A DNA stretch of 56,423 nt from Anaerolinea sp. (GTDB lineage: Bacteria > Chloroflexota > Anaerolineae > Aggregatilineales > Aggregatilineaceae), in the NCBI GenBank assembly GCA_020725705.1, contig DYEN01000577.1, forward strand, positions 1 through 56,423. The letters run 5' to 3'. The notes below the pieces were generated by a model. The model was given only the letters and a program-made list of their open reading frames with translations, searched no databases and was not told the DNA's origin. Positions within the stretch are counted from its first letter, which is position 1, and every line of letters begins with the position of its first letter. Below, piece by piece: positions 17,167 through 25,796 of the stretch. Made by a program: the position numbers and the translations under genes.

Positions 17167-17232
17167 CCCTCACCCCGGCCCCTCTGCAAGTGCGTCACGG
17201 GGAAGGGCAAGCCTGAGCGGGCGGGGTGAGGG
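17167..17232. repeat. GC-rich palindromic intergenic (REP/MITE-like) element, copy A
   Basis: An 11-bp inverted repeat, CCCTCACCCCG (17167..17177) and CGGGGTGAGGG (17222..17232), brackets 44 nt. More CCC/GGG-rich hairpin sequence continues to about 17280. It has the same GGGTGAGGGCC terminus as the copy at 34388..34503. Confidence 0.55.
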
Positions 17233-17367
17233 CCTGAGCAGCCGCCACCCGCTCCCCGTGTCCCAGGGCAGAGGGTTGAGGACCGGCAAGTGCATAACAC
17301 GCTCCAGACACGCGCGCCGCTTCGGGCGCTCGTGCATACAAATCCGAAACCGATCGGGAGGTGAACC

Positions 17368-18309
17368 GTGGCAGCCGAACAACCGCTTCATGTCGTTTTG
17401 GGAACCGGGGCGATCGGCATTGCCGTCGCCGAAGCGCTGGTCCAGAGGGGCGAGCGTGTCCGCGTGGTGAACCGGCGAGGCAACGCGGCTATCCCTGGCA
17501 TCGAGCCTGCCGCCGCAGACGTGAGCGATCCGGGGCAGGCGCGCGAGGTAATGGCCGACGCCAGCGTGATCTACAACTGCACGAACCCCTCGGCCTACCA
17601 CATCTGGCCGGATGTGCTGCCACAGCTGCAGGCGGGCATCCTGGCAGGTGCAGAAGCTGCGGGCGCCAGGCTGGTGGTGATGGACAATTTGTACATGTAC
17701 GGGGCGACACACGGCACGCCGATGACCGAAGACATGCCCTATGCCGCGACGACGAAGAAGGGTCGCCTCAGGGCCGAGATCGCCGAGAAGTGGATGGCCG
17801 CGCACCGGGCCGGTCGCGTGCCGGTTGTCATCGCCCGCGCCTCGGACTACTTCGGGCCAAACGGGCGCGCCGCCATGCTCGACGCGGTGTTTGGCCGGGC
17901 CGTGCGGGGCAAGAGCGCGCAGGTGATCGGCGATCCGGACATGCCGCACACCTACACTTACGTGCCGGATATCGGCAAGGCGCTGGTGATTCTGGGTGAG
18001 CGCGATGAGGCGCTCGGCGAGGTCTGGCACGTGCCCAGCCCGGAAACCCTCACGACGCGTGCCTTCATCGAGCGGATCGCAGACGCGCTCGGCCGGCCGA
18101 TCAAGATTCAGGTCGCGTCCACGTGGTTGCTGCGCGTCATGGGGCTGTTCCAGCCGACGATGCGCGAGCTGATCGAGATGGTCTACGAGTTCAACGAGCC
18201 ATTCATCGTTGACGACAGCAAATTCAAGGCCGCGTTCGGAGACATCGCAACCCCGTTGGACGTCGCGATCCCGGACACGCTGGCGTGGTACCAACAGCAC
18301 ATGGACTAG
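17368..18309 (+). CDS. NAD(P)-dependent epimerase/dehydratase-family (atypical SDR) oxidoreductase
   Basis: 313 aa. N-terminal Rossmann turn VLGTGAIGIAVAEALVQRGERVRVVNRR. GTG start with GGGAGG upstream. Confidence 0.75.
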   Translation: MAAEQPLHVVLGTGAIGIAVAEALVQRGERVRVVNRRGNAAIPGIEPAAADVSDPGQAREVMADASVIYNCTNPSAYHIWPDVLPQLQAGILAGAEAAGARLVVMDNLYMYGATHGTPMTEDMPYAATTKKGRLRAEIAEKWMAAHRAGRVPVVIARASDYFGPNGRAAMLDAVFGRAVRGKSAQVIGDPDMPHTYTYVPDIGKALVILGERDEALGEVWHVPSPETLTTRAFIERIADALGRPIKIQVASTWLLRVMGLFQPTMRELIEMVYEFNEPFIVDDSKFKAAFGDIATPLDVAIPDTLAWYQQHMD

Positions 18310-18356
18310 CTGCGCGATCGCACTGCGCGGACATCTTCGAGCACAAGTGAGGTCAC

Positions 18357-18731
18357 ATGACGGGCGCTCAGGATAAAATCATCATTAAGAACCTGCTGCT
18401 GCGCGGCATCATCGGGATCAACGACTGGGAACGCGAAAAGCGGCAGGACATCCTGGTTAACCTGACGCTCTTCGCCGATCTGCGCGCTGCCGGGCAGTCG
18501 GACAGCGCGGACGATATCCTAAACTACCGCACGATCACCAAAGCGGTGATCGACTATGTGGAGAACTCGCAGCACTACCTGGTCGAGGCGCTGGCGACCG
18601 CGATCGCGCGTATCTGCGTGGTCGAGCACGGGGTGCCGCGCGTGATCGTGCGCGTCGAAAAACCGGGCGCGCTGCGCTTCGCCGAATCCGTCGGCGTCGA
18701 GATCGAGCGGACACGGGCCGACTTTGAGTGA
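18357..18731 (+). CDS. folB: Dihydroneopterin aldolase (FolB family)
   Basis: 124 aa. IIIKNLLLRGIIGINDWEREKRQDILVNLTLFADL ... LNYRTITKAVIDYVENSQHYLVEALA is the typical FolB/FolX fold sequence. Confidence 0.85.
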   Translation: MTGAQDKIIIKNLLLRGIIGINDWEREKRQDILVNLTLFADLRAAGQSDSADDILNYRTITKAVIDYVENSQHYLVEALATAIARICVVEHGVPRVIVRVEKPGALRFAESVGVEIERTRADFE

Positions 18732-19251
18732 GATCATCCTGATCACGCTTGGCTCGAACCTGGAGCCGGAAATCCACCTGCCGCGCGCGGTTCGCCTGCT
18801 GGCGGAGCGTGTGCGGGTGGTGGGTGTCTCACGGGTGTACGAGTCGCCCGCGGTCCGCGCTGACGGCACGCTCGATCCGGCGCAGCCACCCTTCCTCAAC
18901 GCCGCCGCCCAGATCGAAACCGATCTTGAGCCGGTGCCGCTCAAGTACGATGTGCTGCGCGCCATCGAGGCGGAGATGGGGCGGCAGCGAAGCCCCGACA
19001 AGTTCGCGCCGCGTGTGATCGATCTGGACATCGCGCTTTACGGCGATCTGCTGCTCCAGCTTGACACGGAAGACACGCATCTTCTGCTGCCCGATCCGGA
19101 CATTCTGGATCGGGCGCACGTGGCGCTGCCGCTGGCCGATCTGGCGCCCGATCTGATTCACCCAACCAGTGGCGAAACCCTGCGCGCCATCGCCGACCGT
19201 TTCGCGGGCATCAGCACCATCCGCGTCCGCCCGGATATCCGGCTCGACTGA
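18724..19251 (+). CDS. folK: 2-amino-4-hydroxy-6-hydroxymethyldihydropteridine pyrophosphokinase (HPPK)
   Basis: ILITLGSNLEPE ... SRVYESPAV ... PFLNAAAQIET ... APRVIDLDIALYGD. Overlaps the folB stop by 8 nt; the start codon is probably TTG. Confidence 0.85.
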   Translation: MSEIILITLGSNLEPEIHLPRAVRLLAERVRVVGVSRVYESPAVRADGTLDPAQPPFLNAAAQIETDLEPVPLKYDVLRAIEAEMGRQRSPDKFAPRVIDLDIALYGDLLLQLDTEDTHLLLPDPDILDRAHVALPLADLAPDLIHPTSGETLRAIADRFAGISTIRVRPDIRLD

Positions 19252-19400
19252 GCGGCCCCCCGGTCCGCCGCCCTGAGCCGGGCGATTCTCACAAAAAGGT
19301 TGCGTCTTTCCCCAAAACCCTTCACACTTAGGCTATCACAAACCTGTGGCTGCGCCCGGCCTGTGCCAGGGAGCCATCAGAGCGCCAGGGAGAGAGACGC

Positions 19401-20069
19401 ATGAGTGAAGAGAAACCGCCTGTCGTTCCACCCTCGCCTGAACCGCCGCTCGAACCGGAGCAAACCCCGGCCGAGCCTGAAGCCGCCAGCCCGCCGGAAC
19501 CGTCCCCGCAACCCGCTGCGGCGATCCCGGAAGCGCCATCCCAGGCAGCCGAAGCACCCCCCGCGGCCCCGCCCGCTGAGCCGGAGCCGGCGGCGCAGAT
19601 CCGCTCGATTCCCCCGCTTCCCGATCGGCCCGCGCTGCGCAGCAGCGAATACTGGCGGCGGCGGAGCGACAACCTGCTGGTACAGCTTGGCATCGACGGC
19701 AGCCTGGCCGCGCGCGCGCTGTTGCTCGCCGCCGTGCTGGCCGCCATCGGCGCGCTGCTCGATGAGATCCTGGGGCTGCCGGGAGAAACGCTGCGTGTCT
19801 CGTTCGGCGGGACGCTGGTCGCCGGGCTGAGCGGGCTGAGCTATGGCTTCTTCAAGGGCCGCGCCGACCTGCCCGGCCTGATCATGGCCGCCGTCGCCGG
19901 GCTGGTCGCTTACGTGGTCTGGTATGTGGTCAAGGACATCATCGGTGTAGCCGGCTTCGAGATGAATCTCTTTAAGGCCATCTTCAGCGGGCTGCTGGCG
20001 GGGATCCTGGGCTTCGGGTGGCTGGTGCTGCTGCACGAGGCCCCCAAACTGCTGGCGCGGGAACCCTAA
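19401..20069 (+). CDS. Hypothetical membrane protein with Pro/Glu/Ala-rich N-terminal region
   Basis: 222 aa. About 85 aa of low complexity (PEPPLEPEQTPAEPEAASPPEP...) is followed by about 4 hydrophobic helices. No recognisable motif. Confidence 0.5.
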   Translation: MSEEKPPVVPPSPEPPLEPEQTPAEPEAASPPEPSPQPAAAIPEAPSQAAEAPPAAPPAEPEPAAQIRSIPPLPDRPALRSSEYWRRRSDNLLVQLGIDGSLAARALLLAAVLAAIGALLDEILGLPGETLRVSFGGTLVAGLSGLSYGFFKGRADLPGLIMAAVAGLVAYVVWYVVKDIIGVAGFEMNLFKAIFSGLLAGILGFGWLVLLHEAPKLLAREP

Positions 20070-20343
20070 GGGCTGAGACGACCAAACGCCTGGACAGCAC
20101 TCTGACCCGGGTCGGGGTCGGCGTCGCGGCGAACACGCTCCACACGTCAGTGATGGAGCCGGGCACGTGCCGCCTGGGGCCGCGGGAACAGAGCGGCCAG
20201 AGGCCATCATCAACTCACCCAACCGGATCGCCGGGGAAGATGTAAGAGGCGATCCGGAAATGTTACCTGCCTGTGTCAGGCATCGGCAACGCTGTGACCG
20301 TTGGAGCAGATCGCGATTGCCTCTTGCAGCCTCGCCAAACCGT

Positions 20344-20997
20344 CTAGTCGATCAATCCCCGTTGCAGGGCATATCGTATGAGTTCGCTGCGGGAGTTAAG
20401 GTTTAATTTGCGCATGACATTGCCGCGATGAAAGTCAACCGTTTTAGGTGTAATAAACAATGCTTCTGCAACTTGCTGGTAGGTATTGCCGCGCGCCAAC
20501 ATGACCAATACTTCGCGCTCGCGCTCAGTTAACGTGTCCAGCAAGTCAGTCGGTGTCTGGATGTCACGCCGCACGCCGTCCACTAGGACGCCGGTAATCC
20601 TTGGATCAAAGAAAGTGTCGCCCGCAGCAACAGCGCGAATCGCTGAAAGCAATTCATCCCCGTCGGCCCGCTTGAGGACATATCCGGAAGCACCAAGCTT
20701 GAGTGACGGAATGATATATTCCTTATTCTCGTGTTGCGTCAAGATCAAGACTCGAATTTCCGGGAAGGCATCCTTGATGGCCCGCGTTGCTGCCAGTCCA
20801 TCCATGCCCGGCATACCGATATCCATCAGAACGACATCGGGCTGTAGCTCGCGCACCCGTGCCAATGCTTCCTGGCCGTCGCCCGCATCACCGACAACCT
20901 CAAAATCGGGTTGCACGTCGAGCAGGGCGCGAATACCAGCGCGCAAGACGGAGTGATCGTCGACGATCAATATTCGGATTTTTGAGAACACCGGCAT
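20344..20997 (-). CDS. Response regulator, NarL/LuxR (FixJ) family
   Basis: REC domain ([13 protein letters not shown] ... [13 protein letters not shown] ... ILTQH) plus LuxR-type HTH ([43 protein letters not shown]). Start taken at [10 protein letters not shown]. Confidence 0.92.
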   Translation of the reverse strand: MPVFSKIRILIVDDHSVLRAGIRALLDVQPDFEVVGDAGDGQEALARVRELQPDVVLMDIGMPGMDGLAATRAIKDAFPEIRVLILTQHENKEYIIPSLKLGASGYVLKRADGDELLSAIRAVAAGDTFFDPRITGVLVDGVRRDIQTPTDLLDTLTEREREVLVMLARGNTYQQVAEALFITPKTVDFHRGNVMRKLNLNSRSELIRYALQRGLID

Positions 20998-21054
20998 TGC
21001 TCGTTCAGCCCTCAGAAAGCTTTTGTATGCCAGATCGTACCCCAACCAAGGAAA

Positions 21055-23382
21055 TCAGGGCGAAGTCTCTTCCGGATGGTAAGATCGCACGTCGTGCTCT
21101 ATGGCGAGCGGGATCTCTGCCCGCACGCGGGTGCCGCGGCCCAACTGTGACTCGAGATGAAAGCTCCCAGAGAGCAGATCGGCGCGTTCTTTGATTCCTA
21201 ACAAACCCCAACCGCGCCCTTCTCTTTCACGGATCTCCAGGGCGTTCGCGAGGTCGAACCCTTTGCCGTTGTCGTGGATCTCCAACATGACTCGATCGCT
21301 ATCCGCCCGCATCTTGATCTTGACTTCGCTCGCTTCAGCATATTTGGAGATGTTCGTCAACGCTTCCTGCGCGATTCGAAAGAGCGCGGTTTCGATGTCC
21401 GGCGCGAACCGCACCTTATCATCTCCCTCGATTTCCCATATTACCTTAATACCGAGCTTTTCCAGGCGAGATTCTGCATACCAGCGAATGGCCGGAAGCA
21501 ACCCCAAATCGTCCAGCAGGCTCGGACGCAGATCGTAAATAACCGTCTGCAATTCTCGCACAGCGTCACTGGTGGAGACGCGCAGCCGCTTGAGGATTTC
21601 CCCGGCATCCATAGAAGGATCCGTCAGCGCCAGTTCAGCCGTTTTCAGGCCGAAGATCAGGGCATTAAGGGATTGACCGAACTCATCATGGAGTTCGCGC
21701 GCGATACGCTTCCGCTCCTCCTCTTGTGCGCGGATCGCTTTTGCCAGCAGTTGCGCCCGCAGGCGCTCTTTGTCTTTCAGATCGTTCCACAGCCGGGCAT
21801 TCTCCAGCGCGACACCCAGCTGAGAGCCAATCATCACCATAAGGCGGAAGTTCTCCTCGGTGAAAAATGAAGGGCTATAGGCGGCCACATTCAAGGCACC
21901 GATTACCCGACCACCCTCAATGAGGGGAACGCTGGCATGACAATGCACCGGTTTGCCGCTGCTGCTGTGAGAATGGGACAAGACGCAGTTGTGTCCCGGC
22001 GTTACGATGATCGGGCTTTTCGTGCGAAGCACAAGCCCGCAATCGCACTCAGGAAAGCGCACACTGAGCTGCACAAGGGGTTCGGCAAAGCCGGCTACGG
22101 CGGCCAGATAGGGCGGTGAGTTCTCACGCGCAATGGCGATCCACCCTGCCGGCAGGTCGAGCACTGCCAGCACCTGTTCAAGGGCTTCTTGCAGCATATG
22201 TTCAATGTTGCTGCTGCGTCGGTTCATAATCGCAGATATAGCGTTCAGTGTTGCCAGTTCGCGATTCTGGCGCTGGATCTCGGCTTCTTTTGCCTTGCGT
22301 TCAGTGATATCCCGGGTGAACCAGGCTAATGCACGCTTCCCTTCATATTGAATGATAGTGCCGCTTGTCTCCACAATAACCGCACGGCGATCCCGCGTCA
22401 GGAGCTGCATTTCATGCCTTAGCGCGGTGCTCTTGCCATCCCGGATAGTCTGCCATGCCTCGTACGCGGCGTTTAGGCTGTTGGGATGGATAACCTCTGC
22501 CGCGTTGAGGTTCAGCAGATGCGTGCGCTCGTAACCGGTGAGGCGGCAAAACTCATCGTTAACGAACAAGAAGCTGCCCTCATTAACCGCCTCATCGCAA
22601 ATCAAGGCGATGCCTTCGCCAACCTGCCCTGCAGCCTTGAGCAGCGCACGATACCCTGCCCGCGAGTCTTGAAGCTGGGTAATCGTTCCCTGCAGGTCTA
22701 CCGCCATGGCGTTGAACGCTCGCGCGAGATCGCCGATTTCGTCTCGATTATTGATGGAAATCGTCTGGGTCAAATCTCCGGAGCCGAAACGCTGAACCCC
22801 TTCGGTCAAGCGGGAGAGAGGACGCGTGACGATGCGTGCAAATACAATCGCAGCCACAACGCCAGCCATCATCCCAACCGCTGTCAGGCCGAAAATGATC
22901 CAGGTCAGATCTTGAAGGACATCAGTTATGCCGGTTTGACTGAAGCCAAGATGGAGTTCGATATCGAGTTTGTCGGTCAGACGCCAACCGAAATCCTGAA
23001 TGACGCCTGCTTCGGTTCTCAACAACGTTTGTTGTGTAAGCTGCCCGGCAGGCATAGCGTTTGCGGCCAGCAGGTCCACGGGAAACCCATTAGCAAAGGT
23101 GTGGACGACAACACGTCCCGGAGCGCCAATTGCATAGGCATAGATAATGTTGGGATTAGACCCCTTTAGATATTGGAGAAACTCCTGAACCGCTACCATA
23201 TCGCCTTCTAGCAAGGCGTTGGCGATGGCATTTCCGGATATTTGCACCAGGGCTGAGCCATGAGCATCCAGCTCGCTGCTCAATTTACTGGCAACGACCG
23301 TGTTGATCGCCCCGATTGTCAGCACGCCCAGGCTGATGACAATCAGAGAGGTGAAGATAATGATCTTGGTATGTAGTTTCAT
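21055..23382 (-). CDS. Sensor histidine kinase (TM, periplasmic domain, TM, HAMP, PAS, GAF, HisKA_3, HATPase_c)
   Basis: 775 aa. Two TM helices flank a periplasmic segment of about 135 aa. HAMP (LSRLTEGVQRFGSGDLT...IGDLARAFNAMA). PAS ending in FTRDITERK. A GAF-like block. H-box RIARELHDEFGQSLN (NarX/HisKA_3 type). G-boxes HDNGKGF and GWGLLGIKER. ATGA overlap with the upstream binding-protein gene. Confidence 0.92.
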   Translation of the reverse strand: MKLHTKIIIFTSLIVISLGVLTIGAINTVVASKLSSELDAHGSALVQISGNAIANALLEGDMVAVQEFLQYLKGSNPNIIYAYAIGAPGRVVVHTFANGFPVDLLAANAMPAGQLTQQTLLRTEAGVIQDFGWRLTDKLDIELHLGFSQTGITDVLQDLTWIIFGLTAVGMMAGVVAAIVFARIVTRPLSRLTEGVQRFGSGDLTQTISINNRDEIGDLARAFNAMAVDLQGTITQLQDSRAGYRALLKAAGQVGEGIALICDEAVNEGSFLFVNDEFCRLTGYERTHLLNLNAAEVIHPNSLNAAYEAWQTIRDGKSTALRHEMQLLTRDRRAVIVETSGTIIQYEGKRALAWFTRDITERKAKEAEIQRQNRELATLNAISAIMNRRSSNIEHMLQEALEQVLAVLDLPAGWIAIARENSPPYLAAVAGFAEPLVQLSVRFPECDCGLVLRTKSPIIVTPGHNCVLSHSHSSSGKPVHCHASVPLIEGGRVIGALNVAAYSPSFFTEENFRLMVMIGSQLGVALENARLWNDLKDKERLRAQLLAKAIRAQEEERKRIARELHDEFGQSLNALIFGLKTAELALTDPSMDAGEILKRLRVSTSDAVRELQTVIYDLRPSLLDDLGLLPAIRWYAESRLEKLGIKVIWEIEGDDKVRFAPDIETALFRIAQEALTNISKYAEASEVKIKMRADSDRVMLEIHDNGKGFDLANALEIREREGRGWGLLGIKERADLLSGSFHLESQLGRGTRVRAEIPLAIEHDVRSYHPEETSP

Positions 23383-24374
23383 GGCTGCAGCAGACCATAT
23401 ATCCTGGCCCAGTGGCGCAGGTCATCGTAGTCACTAGCCACGACTAACCCAAAACCATTGGGCATTTCGGTGCGCTCCCAATGATATAGCTCCAACCCAT
23501 TCAGGCGCTTGGGGTTGAAAGCAAGCAATGCCTGCTGCACTGCGTCGGCCACTTCGGCAGGAACATGAGCGCCGGCGATGATTCCGCTAGACGGAAACGG
23601 GTCTGATTGGGCGATGATGCGGACAAGCCCCTGTTCTGCCAGAGTTCTTCCTAAAGTATCCTGCACTGCACCGGCATCGACTCGGCCGCTAATCACCGCG
23701 TTAGAGGTCTCAAAATGCGACCTCGTGAACTCGTGAGACTGCAAATCGCCAAGCTCAATGCCCGCCTGGGACATCATAATTCGGGGAATGAGATATCCCT
23801 GAGTGGAGTTGCTGGCCCCAAAAGCAAAGGTATGGCCTGCCAGATCGCGTAATGATTTCAGGTCGCTGTCAGGTCGGGAGACAATCAGCGATCGATACGA
23901 GCCTTCACCGTTTGAATTCAACCCACAGACCAGCATGGTGGCCGCCGAAACTTCGCGTACCTGAAGGTATGTAAGCGTGCCGGCTATGGCGAAATCTACC
24001 TGTTCCGCCAGGATCTCGCGCACCAGACTTCCAGCCTTGGGGGTAACGTGCAGCCTGAACTTGTAACCCGTTTCATTTTCAAGATATTGGAGCAGCCCGG
24101 AGTAGATGCGTACATCCTCTTTTGGCTCAAGTCGCCGGTCAAAGCCGAAGCTGTAAACCGGTTCAGATTCCACTGTAGCGGGCCAGCGGACTTCCCCTCG
24201 AATCAGGTTGTTCTCTAATGACACATTGACAGGCTCTTTGTCGGTATTCAGGCACGCAGAACCGGCCAGGAGGATGCCAAGGCCGAACATCAGGCCCGCT
24301 GCAACCCGGAGCTTGTTTCCTGGCTGAATACCCGCCGAAATGCTGTACAACCATGAAAACTTTAATGACATCAT
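23379..24374 (-). CDS. PhnD-like (phosphonate/phosphite ABC-type) periplasmic substrate-binding protein; no transporter partner, coupled to the kinase
   Basis: 331 aa. N-terminal signal/anchor ending LLAGSAC. Type-2 PBP core (YSFGFD..., FAIAGTLTYLQ, STQGYLIPR) typical of the PhnD family. No ABC permease or ATPase lies next to it. Its stop overlaps the kinase start. Confidence 0.8.
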   Translation of the reverse strand: MMSLKFSWLYSISAGIQPGNKLRVAAGLMFGLGILLAGSACLNTDKEPVNVSLENNLIRGEVRWPATVESEPVYSFGFDRRLEPKEDVRIYSGLLQYLENETGYKFRLHVTPKAGSLVREILAEQVDFAIAGTLTYLQVREVSAATMLVCGLNSNGEGSYRSLIVSRPDSDLKSLRDLAGHTFAFGASNSTQGYLIPRIMMSQAGIELGDLQSHEFTRSHFETSNAVISGRVDAGAVQDTLGRTLAEQGLVRIIAQSDPFPSSGIIAGAHVPAEVADAVQQALLAFNPKRLNGLELYHWERTEMPNGFGLVVASDYDDLRHWARIYGLLQP

Positions 24375-24873
24375 ATCCCCACAAGGCGCCTACGCCTTCT
24401 AGAGCGTGTTAAGAACTGAACGAGAAACACGCACCGGCCTCGAGTTTTCGTGCAGGGGCGACGCTTGCATTGCGCGCGGCCAACCCATCTCGCGTGTAAC
24501 CCAGGCGGAGCAAGGCGCCCCCTCGCGCGATACCGGGTCTCCGATCCGGTCTGTAAGTGTTCATAACCGTCTTCTAGGACAAGGCACGCGATTTTTGGCG
24601 AGTATGCCACAAGCCATCCTTTCATCAAAACAACTGCGGACAATTCCTAGGAAATTCCCCAGGTACAACCCCGGTTCCTTCCCCAGTTAACCTGACTATC
24701 TCTGCCGCCTACAATCGAAGATGTATCAGTGTGCGTATAGCCCTGTTTCCCCTGCGAGAAACCAAGGCAACAAGGAGTGTGACTTATGTCTGGAGAATCC
24801 CTTGACGCAGGCTTCATGCCATGAGCGTGCCTTCGAGGTATGTGCTGTGGCAAGAACAAAGGAGAAATTAGAC
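24375..24873. promoter_or_regulatory. Divergent control region between the sensor operon and the molybdoenzyme operon
   Basis: 499-bp non-coding gap between divergently oriented genes. It contains a perfect 10-bp palindrome TTCCTAGGAA (24644..24653) and a 12-codon mini-ORF with a strong AAGGAG site (24786..24824). Confidence 0.5.
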
Positions 24874-25785
24874 ATGGCCAAAGATGACGATCTGTTGAGA
24901 GAAGCGCTCGCTGGTGACGAGACCAGCCGCCGTTCCTTTCTGGGCAAGTTTGCAGGCGGGGTATTTGCCGGCCTGGTGGCGCCCGCGCTGATAGGTGAGG
25001 TGCGCGCCGCTCACGCCGCCCCTGACACCCAGGAACAGCCAGACCTTGCGCCGCTTCCTGACCTGCCCGAGGCGATCGAAGGAGAGCACCCGGTTGTGCG
25101 CATGATGGAAGACCTGCGCCGCGCTTTGCAGAAGCCGATGGCCGAGCGTAAGTGGGCGATGGTGATCGATCTGCGCAAGTGCACCGGTTGCAACGGCTGC
25201 AATATCAGCTGTGTAACCGAGAACAAGCTGCCGCCTGGGGTCACGTACCGTCCGGTAATGACCGAAACCCAGGGAACCTATCCGCACGTGTCGCGCCGGT
25301 TTGTTCCACGCCCCTGCCTGCAGTGTGAAGATCCCCCCTGTGTGCCTGTCTGCCCGGTCAGGGCAACGTACAAACGCGCGGACGGGATCACAGTCATTGA
25401 CTACGAACGGTGCATTGGCTGCCGGTATTGCATGACAGCCTGCCCCTACTCGGCCCGGTACTTCGATTTCGGTCGGTTCTACGGGGACAATGAAGGCGGC
25501 GAGCGCCAGCCCTATGAGCTGCTACCCACACCGGAATATCGCAAGAACTACGACCGGGCCGAAGGCGGCTCCCCGATTGGAAACGTGCGCAAGTGTCATT
25601 TCTGTATTCATCGCATCGAGCACGGTGAACTGCCAGCCTGCGTGCTTAGCTGCATGGGCCGGGCAACCTACTTTGGCGATATGAACGATCCTGCCAGTTT
25701 GGTCTCGGAACTTATCGCTCAACCCAATGTCATGCGACTCAAGGAAGAGTTGGGAACCGATCCCAAAGTCTTCTATCTTGTCTAG
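24874..25785 (+). CDS. Tat-exported 4x[4Fe-4S] ferredoxin-type electron-transfer subunit (NrfC/TtrB/PsrB-like)
   Basis: Twin-arginine motif [12 protein letters not shown]. Four Cys clusters: [60 protein letters not shown] at 24874 preceded by AAAGGAGAA. Confidence 0.9.
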   Translation: MAKDDDLLREALAGDETSRRSFLGKFAGGVFAGLVAPALIGEVRAAHAAPDTQEQPDLAPLPDLPEAIEGEHPVVRMMEDLRRALQKPMAERKWAMVIDLRKCTGCNGCNISCVTENKLPPGVTYRPVMTETQGTYPHVSRRFVPRPCLQCEDPPCVPVCPVRATYKRADGITVIDYERCIGCRYCMTACPYSARYFDFGRFYGDNEGGERQPYELLPTPEYRKNYDRAEGGSPIGNVRKCHFCIHRIEHGELPACVLSCMGRATYFGDMNDPASLVSELIAQPNVMRLKEELGTDPKVFYLV

Positions 25786-25796
25786 GAGATACAACC

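Noticed and set aside
17117-17470. 117-aa plus-strand ORF downstream of heliorhodopsin (…GRGEGLSS…PLPVSQGRGLRTG…)
   Set aside because: Its translation is dominated by the palindromic GC-rich repeat element, and it runs into the next gene's RBS and start. This is characteristic of spurious ORFs across REP-like elements.
24406-24690. 94-aa plus-strand ORF inside the divergent control region
   Set aside because: It has no RBS and no motif, its composition is not protein-like, and it spans the likely promoter and operator region. I treat it as non-coding.
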